NCBI GenBank assembly: GCA_963752565.1
Contig: CAVVZC010000003.1
Span: 542,560 to 606,559, forward strand
DNA from: an uncultured delta proteobacterium
Lineage (GTDB): Bacteria; Desulfobacterota; Desulfobacteria; Desulfobacterales; UBA11574
DNA: 64,000 bases
Direction: 5' to 3'
Part shown: positions 10,964 to 19,661 of the stretch, one piece after another
How the letters are laid out: each line of letters starts with the position of its first letter
How positions within the stretch are numbered: position 1 is the stretch's first letter
The notes under the pieces: generated by a model
What the model saw: only the letters and a program-made list of their open reading frames with translations
Told to the model about the DNA's origin: nothing
Database searches by the model: none
Translations under genes and position numbers: made by a program

Positions 10964-11654
10964 ATGGAGCAAGAAAGCTTCTTATTTGCGGGAAAAAACG
11001 AATTTATGTGATTTTATCCGCGCTGCTTGCGCTTTTTCTCGGCGCTCTTGATACGTTAATAATGGGAGCGCGGATATTTCTCCACCGGAACGGCGGGGCA
11101 AAATGATGTCCCTAATCAGTTTTGTCTGGGGTTTATCAAGTGTTCTGGAGCCCACCTTGGACGGATTTATAGTCAATTATTTTTCATGGCGTTGGATTTT
11201 TTAATAAAAAATTGTGTTCAGGAGTGGTTTTTTATGCCATCGAACGCCGATCAAAGGAACCGATTCTGCCCATTGAATTTTTCCATGTTCGAGGTTTCAG
11301 TATCGCCAACAGTTCAGCATTTTTTGCAAGCAATGCCATTTTTTCACTTTCAGCATAACCCTTGGCGGGACCATTGATATCGGTATTTCAGGGAGCTTTG
11401 TAACCGCTCGGCTTCAGACAGCCATGGACGTATTGAAGATGTCTGGAATTGATGGCAGAATTCATCAATCGCTTTCCCCCCATTTACAACAGAGCGTCGA
11501 AAGCGTATTTCTACCGGAGATACAATCCCTTCTCACGAAAAATGTTCAAAAGGCCCTTCGGGAAGCGGTTGCTGAGGGTGTTGCTTTGGTTTTTTGGGTA
11601 TCATTGATCACGGCATGCATGTGCCTGTTCTTCAGTTACAGATTACCGGAATGA
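10964..11654 (+). pseudogene. Relic of an MFS (DHA2/EmrB-like) transporter gene, broken by frameshifts and internal deletions
   Basis: Fragments lie in three frames: ILSALLALFLGALDTLIMGA; MSLISFVWGLSSVLEPTLDGFIVNYFSWRWIF (the classic DHA2 ...GGxxxDxxSWRWIF region); PIEFFHVRGFSIANSSAFF; and a C-terminal TM fragment VALVFWVSLITACMCLFFSY. About 690 bp remain, against ~1.5 kb expected. Confidence 0.6.
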
Positions 11655-11676
11655 TAGGAGAGCGAAAATTTGAAAG

Positions 11677-12468
11677 ATGAAAAAAACAACCCACCCAACA
11701 ACTGGCGTTAGAAGCAGACGTTTTACGAAAAACACATTTCGTTTTGATTGCCATCCCGGCGTAACATGTTATACTCGTTGTTGCAAAGATGCGGACATGT
11801 ATCTTTATCCGTATGATGTCATCCGTATGAAAAACCGGCTCGGCATTTCATCAGATCAGTTCTTGGAACAATTTACGTTTCAAGCAATTAGAGACAATCC
11901 ACATTTTCCAAGTCTTATGCTGAAAATGGCGGACAATGACGAGAAATGGTGCCCGTTTTTGTCAATAAAAGGGTGTATGATATACAAAGACCGCCCATTT
12001 TCCTGCAGAGCGTATCCACTGGAACGTGGTGTGTCAAGAACCGGTGATGAGAGTGAACGAACCGTTTTGTATTTCATTGCCGAAGATTCCTACTGCAAGG
12101 GCCACAAAGAATCTCGTGAATGGACGATAAAAGAGTGGATTGAGGATCAGCAGTTTCAGCTATACAATGATATGAATGATTTGTGGGTCGATATCGATAC
12201 CCTGTTTCGATCAAATCCATGGGGCCCGCAAGGGATCGACAATCCTGCTTTAAAAATGGCATTTATGGCTTGCTTTAATGTGGATGAATTTAAGAAGTTT
12301 ATTTTTGAAAGCACTTTTTTATCAAGATTTAATGTGCACCAGGATAGGGTCAGCCAACTGCGGGAATCTGATATTGAGTTGATGAAATTCGGTTTTGACT
12401 GGATAAAGTTTTTTCTGACCGGCACAGGTCCACTTATGATGACCCCATCAAAAGATGATCCGATTTAA
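11677..12468 (+). CDS. YkgJ-family (CxxCxxCC-type) cysteine-cluster protein
   Basis: 263 aa. CHPGVTCYTRCCKD, CPFLSIKGCMIYKDRPFSCRAYP. Confidence 0.6.
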   Translation: MKKTTHPTTGVRSRRFTKNTFRFDCHPGVTCYTRCCKDADMYLYPYDVIRMKNRLGISSDQFLEQFTFQAIRDNPHFPSLMLKMADNDEKWCPFLSIKGCMIYKDRPFSCRAYPLERGVSRTGDESERTVLYFIAEDSYCKGHKESREWTIKEWIEDQQFQLYNDMNDLWVDIDTLFRSNPWGPQGIDNPALKMAFMACFNVDEFKKFIFESTFLSRFNVHQDRVSQLRESDIELMKFGFDWIKFFLTGTGPLMMTPSKDDPI

Positions 12469-12471
12469 AAT

Positions 12472-13131
12472 ATGTCTTTTTTCTCACATCCCTGGGACAT
12501 GTCACCGCAAGATGCACGACGATTGCAGATGGAATTGGCAGCCCATATTATCCGAGAAAACAGGTTGGAAACGGTTAACACGGTTGCCGGTATCGATGTC
12601 GGGGTGAGGGGTGATATGGCGTGCGCAGCCATCGTGGTGCTTAATTTTCCCAAGCTCGACGTTGCTGCTCAAGTCACGGCCACGAGACGGATTACACGTC
12701 CATATATTCCAGGCCTATTAAGCTTTCGTGAAGGTCCGGTGATTCTCGATGCCCTTGACCGGCTTGATCTTAAGCCGGATCTACTTATTTTCGACGGCCA
12801 GGGTATCGCCCATCCTTGCCGTCTGGGGATTGCCAGTCATATCGGGCTGCTTTCCGATTTTTCTTCCATCGGCTGTGCCAAATCCCGGCTGTGTGGGCAA
12901 TATCAGGAACCGGGTGTTGAGCGCGGCAGCCATGTTCCACTCATGGACCATGGCCAAACCATCGGCGCCATTGTGCGGACGCGAACCGGCGTTAAGCCGG
13001 TGTTTGTATCTATAGGGCATCGCGTCGACTTAAAAACCAGTATCGATTATGTTTTGGGATGTTGTAAGGGATATCGCCTGCCAGAAACAACGCGAAAAGC
13101 AGATCGCTTGGCATCAGATGTGTTGCTTTGA
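12472..13131 (+). CDS. nfi: Endonuclease V (deoxyinosine 3' endonuclease)
   Basis: 219 aa. VAGIDVG, YIPGLLSFREGP, LLIFDGQGIAHPCRLGIASHIG, IGCAKSRL, VFVSIGHR. Confidence 0.85.
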   Translation: MSFFSHPWDMSPQDARRLQMELAAHIIRENRLETVNTVAGIDVGVRGDMACAAIVVLNFPKLDVAAQVTATRRITRPYIPGLLSFREGPVILDALDRLDLKPDLLIFDGQGIAHPCRLGIASHIGLLSDFSSIGCAKSRLCGQYQEPGVERGSHVPLMDHGQTIGAIVRTRTGVKPVFVSIGHRVDLKTSIDYVLGCCKGYRLPETTRKADRLASDVLL

Positions 13132-13151
13132 GCTTTTCGTTTGCCTTTTCT

Positions 13152-13679
13152 TTAATTAGATGTCGCCCATTTCCGGATTCGGGATTCTGTTTGGTTGCCC
13201 CAAGTATTTGACACCCGGAGATGAATGAAATGGGAAAAGAGATTGTTAATAAGCCCGACAACCTTTTCTATCAGATATACCTTTTCGAGAACAACGCCTT
13301 CGAGGTCATCCGGAGTTTTCATCGGCCCGGTCTCCGGTAGTTTCAGATTGGAGATGTTGAGACTTTCCCCTTTAAGACTGAATTCCCAGGTTTGAGCACC
13401 GGTTTTATAGGACAGGTGTATTTCGGTAACAACAGCCCCCTTTGTAATCGCCAGCAGGCCTTCTTCTAGGCTGGCATTATCGCCTTTAATGGTGACGGTT
13501 TCTTTGGCGCTGTAGCGTGTATTTTCAAGGACCAGCCGATTTCCGACAGTTAACATTACAAGTTCCGTATTGTATTTGCGCAACCGGCCCTGATCGGTTT
13601 CAATCATGAACCACAGCCAGGTGAGAAATTCGTTTCCTAAAAATTTGTAACGGTTATATGCGACGGCGATATCCAGCAT
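13152..13679 (-). CDS. RdgC-like protein, C-terminal half (separate ORF, in frame with the upstream ORF)
   Basis: 175 aa. FLGNEFLTWLWF and ITKGAVVTEIHLSYKTGAQTWEFSLKGE resemble by eye the C-terminal part of E. coli RdgC (IEAGKVVTKLALDW...). The ATG lies one codon after the upstream TAG. Confidence 0.45.
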   Translation of the reverse strand: MLDIAVAYNRYKFLGNEFLTWLWFMIETDQGRLRKYNTELVMLTVGNRLVLENTRYSAKETVTIKGDNASLEEGLLAITKGAVVTEIHLSYKTGAQTWEFSLKGESLNISNLKLPETGPMKTPDDLEGVVLEKVYLIEKVVGLINNLFSHFIHLRVSNTWGNQTESRIRKWATSN

Positions 13680-13682
13680 CGG

Positions 13683-14297
13683 CTATTCCTCAGATCGGCT
13701 TTTTTCCAGTTTTCGTAAAACATCGCGTTCTTGGTCCGACAGTCCGGCCACAAGGTCGGCTGTGGTATAAGGAAACAGGCGGATCAACTGAAGGTTGAAA
13801 GATTTGACAAAAAGGGTCTCTAAGGCTTCATTGGCTGCTTTTAAATTGGAAAAGAACCACAAAGAGGCGGAATCGTAATCCCACACCAAATCATAAACAT
13901 TCGGTGTTGCGGGAATCCGATGGACAAGGGTGTTGACGACATGGTCTTTGATGGATTTTTTTTCATTGCCGGATAAATAGTGCCGGCCGGTATCTGCCAG
14001 GCGTTTGGCAACGTAAAGGGCATAATGTTTCTGAATAAGCTTCGGCGGAATGGATTTCTTGTCAATCCGCAGGGCAAAAACCATATCGGTACCAAAAACA
14101 AATGAATAGCCCTCAAAATCAGGTGCATACGGGGTCTCGAAGGACGTCCAGCCGACGGTGCCCTCAGACCCATCATCCTCGATTTTTGGAATCGCATGTT
14201 GTTTGAGGCCCTGGTAGACGGTTTCATGAACAGAACCGTCCAGTTGACCCGCAACTTTATAGCGTGTGATAGACATGCGTGATGAAAGAAGACCCAT
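13683..14297 (-). CDS. RdgC-like recombination-associated protein, N-terminal half
   Basis: 204 aa. The stretch KKSIPPKLIQKHYALYVAKRL...EKKSIKDHVVNTLVHRIPATPNVYDLVWD...LKAANEALETLFVKSF is collinear by eye with E. coli RdgC [21 protein letters not shown]...EKDSLKDEVLHSLLPRAF...AKKAEDTLALLRKSL. Confidence 0.5.
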   Translation of the reverse strand: MGLLSSRMSITRYKVAGQLDGSVHETVYQGLKQHAIPKIEDDGSEGTVGWTSFETPYAPDFEGYSFVFGTDMVFALRIDKKSIPPKLIQKHYALYVAKRLADTGRHYLSGNEKKSIKDHVVNTLVHRIPATPNVYDLVWDYDSASLWFFSNLKAANEALETLFVKSFNLQLIRLFPYTTADLVAGLSDQERDVLRKLEKSRSEE

Positions 14298-14402
14298 AAT
14301 ATTCTCTTTTTATAATAAATATTCAGCGTGAAGGAATCGCGAAACAAGCTGCGTGGAAAATTCTATAGCGCGTTTGCTGGCCGGTTACAAGTCAGAATGT
14401 TT

Positions 14403-14572
14403 CTACAAGCCATCTCAAAAACACACCCAACGTCCAATTACCGTGTTGCGAGTCTCTTCAAAATGCTCATCCCGCCTTTAGCAGGGCTGCGCTATAATAG
14501 GCTCACGTTTTATCCGCCCATATTTGTGGGCTTTTCCTTTAACGAAATCTATATTTTTGAAATGGCTTGTAA
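14403..14572. other. ~170-nt intergenic element closed by a 19-nt imperfect inverted repeat (candidate structured sRNA or MITE)
   Basis: ctacaagccatctcaaaaa (14403-14421) pairs with tttttgaaatggcttgtaa (14554-14572); 17 of 19 positions pair, with one internal and one terminal mismatch. An internal hairpin gccca-tatttg-tgggc is present. No ORF. Confidence 0.5.
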
Positions 14573-14651
14573 TATTTAAGGGGTTATTTTAAAAAAGCGT
14601 GGCGGCTGCATGAGAAACAAAAAGGTAACGCCCAAAATACACCCTTTCGGA

Positions 14652-15419
14652 TTAAGCTCCCCAAGCAAATTGAGCACATAGGGGGAAATGATCCGACAGG
14701 TAAATAGTATTAAAGGTGTCCTGGATAACCCTGCTGTTTATTAACGTGATCTTTCCCCTAAAAAGAATCCAGTCAATAGGATCTCCGTCTGTATTTCCAG
14801 TAAATTCGTGATGGGTTCCCATAAAAGGTTTTTTAAAAGCGTCTTTAAAATAGCCGGCATTTACCGATGATGTATCATCATTTCCCGTGAAAATATTATA
14901 ACATGGACTAAAGGGCGTGGTATTAAAATCTCCCATGAGAATCACGGGGACATTATCGGGAAGACGCGACAGCCGATCAAGGATCAGCTTGGCGCTTTGG
15001 ATCTGAACCGAAACGTCAAAATCCAGATGCGTATTAATACATATCACTTGTCGGCGGTCTGTTTTGAACATACCGATGGCGCACTGTCTGGGCCAGATGC
15101 TTTTTTGATAACGGCTCGGTACCGAGGGGGTTGGGCTCAAAAAAAAATGTTCATGGTGGATACAGTGCCAGTTTTTTTGATAAAAGATAACGTTGTTTTG
15201 CCAGAAAGAGGGTGAAGGGCTTCGCTTCCCGATGTAGTTGTATTCCGTTAATATATTATGGAGAAAGTCGATCTGGAAGTCATTTGCTTCCTGAAAACCG
15301 ATAAAATCCGTACGATATTTTTCAAGAAAAGGCTGAAAGCCTATCTTCCGATATCGCCAGTTGTTGGCACCGTCATCAGCCAGTCCAAAACGTAAATTTA
15401 GAGTCAAAACAGAAAACAT
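14652..15419 (-). CDS. Endonuclease/exonuclease/phosphatase (EEP) family protein
   Basis: 255 aa. VLTLNLRFG, IGFQEAN, ILMGDFNT, LSDHFPLCAQF. Confidence 0.8.
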   Translation of the reverse strand: MFSVLTLNLRFGLADDGANNWRYRKIGFQPFLEKYRTDFIGFQEANDFQIDFLHNILTEYNYIGKRSPSPSFWQNNVIFYQKNWHCIHHEHFFLSPTPSVPSRYQKSIWPRQCAIGMFKTDRRQVICINTHLDFDVSVQIQSAKLILDRLSRLPDNVPVILMGDFNTTPFSPCYNIFTGNDDTSSVNAGYFKDAFKKPFMGTHHEFTGNTDGDPIDWILFRGKITLINSRVIQDTFNTIYLSDHFPLCAQFAWGA

Positions 15420-15434
15420 GGTATTTTTTATGAT

Positions 15435-15620
15435 TTAATGGGCATCCGCACGCAGCCTCAAAAGGGATTTTTTTTGAATCAGCGATTGTTCAGCGTTTTC
15501 AAATCGTAAGTTGGTTTTAAAGGTTCGATCTTTAAAAAGAGCACCAAGGCCAATCATGAGGGTTCTTATGGGGTCCATATTCGGCAAGTAAAATTTCACT
15601 TCGGTTTCTAAATATTCCAT
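15435..15620 (-). pseudogene. Truncated CYTH-domain (class IV adenylate cyclase / triphosphatase-like) gene stub
   Basis: MEYLETEVKFYL carries the ExExK CYTH signature and is preceded by RBS aaggtg. The ORF stops after ~61 aa at ...LLRLRADAH, against ~180 aa expected, 12 nt before the EEP gene. Confidence 0.4.
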
Positions 15621-15742
15621 TCGGCTGCACCTTATTTCCCCCAAAAAAAATCACACAGAAAATTCTTGTGAAACCAACGTGCTTCGAATATAGTAGAAAT
15701 CATTTTTAGTGTCAAATCCTGGATCGACTTGCGATTTTTCCC

Positions 15743-15770
15743 TTGACACAGTTATATTTTCTATTATATC
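15743..15770 (+). promoter_or_regulatory. Candidate sigma-70 promoter for rplM-rpsI
   Basis: TTGACA, 16-nt spacer, TATATC, about 30 nt upstream of the rplM start. Confidence 0.4.
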
Positions 15771-15800
15771 TATCGGGTTTTATTCAAAGGAGAAAAACAG

Positions 15801-16235
15801 GTGAAAAAGTACACATATAGTGCAAAACATACCGACAACCAGGGACGATGGTGTCTGGTGGATGCCGAAAATGCGATTCTGGGTAGACTCGCCAGCACCG
15901 TAGCGGCTCGCCTTCGAGGAAAACACAACCCGCTTTTTACCCCCCATGTGGATACCGGTGATTGGATTATTGTCATTAATGCGGATAAGGTTGCTCTCAC
16001 CGGAAGGAAATGGGATCTGAAAAATTATTACCGGCATAGCGGCTACATCGGGGGCCTAAAAACCATCACAGCCAAAAAGCTCATGGAAAAAAGACCCGAG
16101 GATCTCATTCGATTTGCTGTTAAGGGCATGCTGCCGAAGAACAGACTGGGGAGAAAACTGTTTAAAAAATTGAAGGTTTATTCGGGAGACCAACATCCCC
16201 ATGAGGCTCAGCAGCCGGAGATTCTTGAAATTTAA
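15801..16235 (+). CDS. rplM: 50S ribosomal protein L13
   Basis: 144 aa, GTG start. [23 protein letters not shown]-type region [18 protein letters not shown]. Confidence 0.9.
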   Translation: MKKYTYSAKHTDNQGRWCLVDAENAILGRLASTVAARLRGKHNPLFTPHVDTGDWIIVINADKVALTGRKWDLKNYYRHSGYIGGLKTITAKKLMEKRPEDLIRFAVKGMLPKNRLGRKLFKKLKVYSGDQHPHEAQQPEILEI

Positions 16236-16274
16236 TCAAAACACGTTATAATCTATTAATTATTGGGGAGTTGT

Positions 16275-16670
16275 ATGGAAAAGGAAAACGTTTATTATTC
16301 AACTGGAAAACGAAAAACTTCCGTTGCCAGAACATGGTTAACGCCGGGAAACGGTGAAATTATTGTCAATAATAAGCCCATCGATGAATATTTTAAGATT
16401 GAGTCCGTGAAAGGGATTGTGAAGCATCCGCTGGTTTTGACCAATACCCTTGGATCGTTTGACGTAAAAAGCAAGGTTGTCGGTGGCGGTGTTGCGGGAC
16501 AGGCCGGCGCGATTCGGCATGGCATTACAAAGGCACTGATACTGGCCAATCCAGATTTAAGAAAGGCGTTAAAAAAAGCCGGATTTGTTCGGCGTGATGC
16601 CAGGGTCAAGGAACGAAAAAAATACGGGCAAAAAGGTGCTCGTGCCCGCTTCCAGTTCTCGAAACGTTAG
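16275..16670 (+). CDS. rpsI: 30S ribosomal protein S9
   Basis: ATG at 16275 follows ggggag. [36 protein letters not shown]-terminal RFQFSKR. Confidence 0.9.
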   Translation: MEKENVYYSTGKRKTSVARTWLTPGNGEIIVNNKPIDEYFKIESVKGIVKHPLVLTNTLGSFDVKSKVVGGGVAGQAGAIRHGITKALILANPDLRKALKKAGFVRRDARVKERKKYGQKGARARFQFSKR

Positions 16671-16690
16671 AATTTTTTTCCAATAAACAA

Positions 16691-16718
16691 AAAGGAACGA
16701 GGGTTCCCTCGTTCCTTT
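16691..16718. terminator. Bidirectional intrinsic terminator between rpsI and the convergent hydratase gene
   Basis: Perfect 12-bp stem aaaggaacgagg / cctcgttccttt with a 4-nt loop, flanked by A/T runs. Confidence 0.7.
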
Positions 16719-17500
16719 TATTCTTGCCGATTTTTCCACACAGGTGCTCGTTTTTCGAGAAAAGCCTTCATACCTTCCTGAGCGTCTTCATCAAGACAGT
16801 TCATGGCAATTGCATGGGTGGCATATTCATAAGCAGATGGTTCATTTAGATCTACCTGGCTGTAAAATGTCTGCTTGCCGAAAGCAAGGGTATACCGGCT
16901 GTATTGCGCCATTTCCATGGCCAGGTTTTTGGTCTCCTGGGAAAGCTTATCCGGGGAGACGACCTGATTCACCAGGCCGAACCTTTCAGCTTCATGAGCG
17001 GAGATAAATCGACCCGTCAAAAGCATTTCCATGGCTCTTCTTCTTCCGATAACTCTGACCAGCGGAACAGCAGGGGTCGTGCAGAAGAGTCCTATTTTTG
17101 AACCGGGTGTGGCAAATTGGGCACCGGTTTCTGCGATGGCAAGATCACAGGCAGCAACAAGCTGGCATCCTGCTGCCGTCGCAATGCCGTGAATCTGGGC
17201 AACAACGGGTTGTGGAAGTTTTTGGAGGGCTTGCATCATCTTCGCGCATACCGAAAAAATGGTATAAAAATGCTGAATATCCAGGTCCGACCCGACCATA
17301 TCTTTCAGGTTGTGCCCTGCGCAGAATGCCGGTCCGTTGCCTCTGATAACCACGACATGAATATCCTGATCCTGTGCGATATTTTTTAGTTTGTCGAGCA
17401 TATCATTCATTACGTTGAGAGAGAGTGCATTCCGTTTGTCCGGCCGATTCAATGTCAGCCACCCGATGGGTCCTTCCTTTTCAAGCAATACAGGTTCCAT
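16718..17500 (-). CDS. Enoyl-CoA hydratase/isomerase family protein
   Basis: 260 aa. LNRPDKRNAL, FCAGHNLKD, HGIATAAGCQLVAACD, LLTGRFISA. Confidence 0.85.
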   Translation of the reverse strand: MEPVLLEKEGPIGWLTLNRPDKRNALSLNVMNDMLDKLKNIAQDQDIHVVVIRGNGPAFCAGHNLKDMVGSDLDIQHFYTIFSVCAKMMQALQKLPQPVVAQIHGIATAAGCQLVAACDLAIAETGAQFATPGSKIGLFCTTPAVPLVRVIGRRRAMEMLLTGRFISAHEAERFGLVNQVVSPDKLSQETKNLAMEMAQYSRYTLAFGKQTFYSQVDLNEPSAYEYATHAIAMNCLDEDAQEGMKAFLEKRAPVWKNRQE

Positions 17501-17520
17501 ACGTTTTTCTCCTTGTCATA

Positions 17521-18435
17521 CTAAATATTTTTAGCAGCTTTCCAGCACCTGACAAAATGATTTTCTCCAACTTTTTCGAAAACCATCTTATCTTTTCGAC
17601 AAGATGGTTCAGCGATGAAACACTTATCCTGGTATTTGCATCCTTCGGGAACAACATCTGAGTCGCCGATACGACCATTGGACAATTTAACATGCCATTT
17701 TTTATCCGGATCCGGATCGGGAATCGCCGATAGTAAGGATATGGTATAAGGATGATGCGGATGATTAAAAATATCTTCCGACGGTGCAAACTCCATGATA
17801 TGCCCTTTATACATCACGGAAATGGTGTTGCAAAGATACCCCACAACATTAAGATCATGGGAGATAAACAGATAGCTTAACCCCAGTTGATCCTGCAGGT
17901 CTTTTAAAAGATTGATGATTTGTGCCTGGATGGAAACATCCAGCGCCGAAACCGGTTCATCACATACAATCAATGACGGTTCCACGCTCAGAGCACGGGC
18001 GATACCGATGCGCTGGCGCTGGCCTCCACTAAATTCATGGGGATATCGGTCTGCGCTGTCCGGTGACATGCCCACCATTTTCAAGAGAGTCTCAAGACGC
18101 TGTTTACGGTTTGTTGCGTGTTTGTTGCCCAGGATTCGAATCCCTTCTTCTATGGACTGTCCGATGGTCATACGGGGATTCAGTGATCCGAATGGATCCT
18201 GGAAAATGATCTGTATCTCTTTTCGATACGGCTTCATCTCTTTTTCGGAAAATCGGCTGATATCGTGACCCTGAAAAACAATTTTTCCTGCATCCGATTC
18301 CAGTAGTTTCAAAATAAGGCGAGCGACCGTTGTTTTTCCACAACCGCTTTCTCCCACCAGGCCCATGGTTTTACCCTGTTCGATTTCAAAGCTCACGCCG
18401 TCCACGGCTTTCTCCCATCCGGCGATTTTTTGCAA
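17521..18435 (-). CDS. Oligopeptide/dipeptide ABC transporter ATP-binding protein (OppF/DppF-like), 5' end disrupted
   Basis: [36 protein letters not shown]. The in-frame upstream sequence reads stop-KVKKYFPIRRGF. The natural N-terminus METKNKNNSIILR (ATG ~18510-18512) lies in another frame. Confidence 0.8.
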   Translation of the reverse strand: MQKIAGWEKAVDGVSFEIEQGKTMGLVGESGCGKTTVARLILKLLESDAGKIVFQGHDISRFSEKEMKPYRKEIQIIFQDPFGSLNPRMTIGQSIEEGIRILGNKHATNRKQRLETLLKMVGMSPDSADRYPHEFSGGQRQRIGIARALSVEPSLIVCDEPVSALDVSIQAQIINLLKDLQDQLGLSYLFISHDLNVVGYLCNTISVMYKGHIMEFAPSEDIFNHPHHPYTISLLSAIPDPDPDKKWHVKLSNGRIGDSDVVPEGCKYQDKCFIAEPSCRKDKMVFEKVGENHFVRCWKAAKNI

Positions 18436-18513
18436 AAAACCCCTGCGAATCGGAAAATATTTTTTTACCTTCTACGAAGAATGATGGAATTATTTTTATT
18501 TTTTGTTTCCATG

Positions 18514-18624
18514 TTATCGAGGTTGTCTTTCTTCCTTTGGGAATTTTGCTGTTATTCCATATATTTCTAAACAGAGTTCGTATGACTTTTGCCAGACTTT
18601 CAACTCTTTGTAATTCTTTAGCAT
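18514..18624 (-). pseudogene. 5' remnant of a four-helix-bundle (23S rRNA intervening-sequence protein / Avd-like family) gene, fused in frame to the 3' end of oppD
   Basis: MLKNYKELKVWQKSYELCLEIYGITAKFPKEER matches the characteristic N-terminus of that family (...L.VWQKA..L...IY..T..FPKEE...). It then stops (QPR*) after 36 aa, against ~120 expected. Confidence 0.6.
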
Positions 18625-19661
18625 TTCACTCGAATCCTTGAATCCACTACCCCTTGTACCCTTAGGTTCAAACAATACCGGACACCGGGCCAGGTGCCCC
18701 TCGCCGTAGTCGCACATCCCGGGATATTCTTTTTGGCAACTTAAAATTTTGTGACGACACCGCGGATGAAACGGACACCCCGTAGGTTTATACGCCGGAT
18801 TCGGCACAGTTCCTGGGATGCTGTAAAGTCTTTTACCCCGTTTTGAAAGACTGGGAAGCGAGGCCAAAAGTCCCTGTGTATACGGATGCCGGGCAGAGCG
18901 AAAAATTTGGTCTGTATTGCCCTGTTCAACCATAATACCCGCGTACATGACATAAATCCGATCGGCGATGGCTGAAACGACGCCGAGATCATGGGAAATA
19001 TATAGAACCGACATGGACCGTTTTTTCTGAATCGATCTTAAAAGCGCGAGAATCTGAGCCTGTACCGTAACATCAAGGGCTGTTGTCGGTTCATCTGCAA
19101 TAATCAGATCCGGGTCGCACGCCAGGGCCATGGCGATCATGACCCGCTGTCTTTGTCCGCCGCTGAGCTGGTGCGGATAGTCATTAAGTCGTTGTTCCGG
19201 GGATGGAATACCCACGTCGTTAAGGAGTTGAACACAATATTGAAAAAGTGCCTCTGTTCTATTTGTTTATGCGTATGGACGGCTTCACCGATCTGATCAC
19301 CAATGGTGAAAACAGGGTTCAGGGATGTGAGGGGCTCCTGAAAAACCATGGAGATATGATTCCCCCGAATTTTTTGCATCGCTTTTTCATCGAGTTTTAT
19401 AAGGTTTTGTCCGGAAAATATAATTTGGCCGTCTACGATTTCTCCAGGGGGTGTTGGAATGAGGCCGAGAATGCTAAGTGCCGAAACGGTTTTCCCGCAT
19501 CCGGATTCACCGACAATACAGACCGTCTCTTTTTCCCGGACTTCGAAACTGATCCCGTCCACCGCATGGGCGCGCGCTCCGTTGCTTTGAAAATAGACCT
19601 TTAAATTTTCTACGCAAAGAAGAGGTCTTTCATGGTCATTGATCGTTCGTCCATCGATCAT
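18625..19661 (-). pseudogene. Oligopeptide/dipeptide ABC transporter ATP-binding protein (OppD/DppD-like), frameshifted
   Basis: The N-terminal part (19137-19661) has GESGCGKTV. The C-terminal part (18514-19215) has [19 protein letters not shown] and [10 protein letters not shown]. The frames switch within ~19254-19266 (HKQIEQ | EALFQYCVQLLNDVGIPSPEQRL). Confidence 0.8.

Noticed and set aside
13683-13685. Interpreting the in-frame TAG in the RdgC-like gene as a pyrrolysine codon
   Set aside because: No pyl genes or tRNA-Pyl are visible in the window. The TAG is followed one codon later by an ATG, which fits termination-reinitiation or a simple nonsense mutation better. I mention it only as something to exclude.
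13841-14347. 168-aa minus-strand ORF overlapping the RdgC-like N-terminal ORF
   Set aside because: It is in a different frame of the same strand as a gene with recognisable homology, and it has no motifs.
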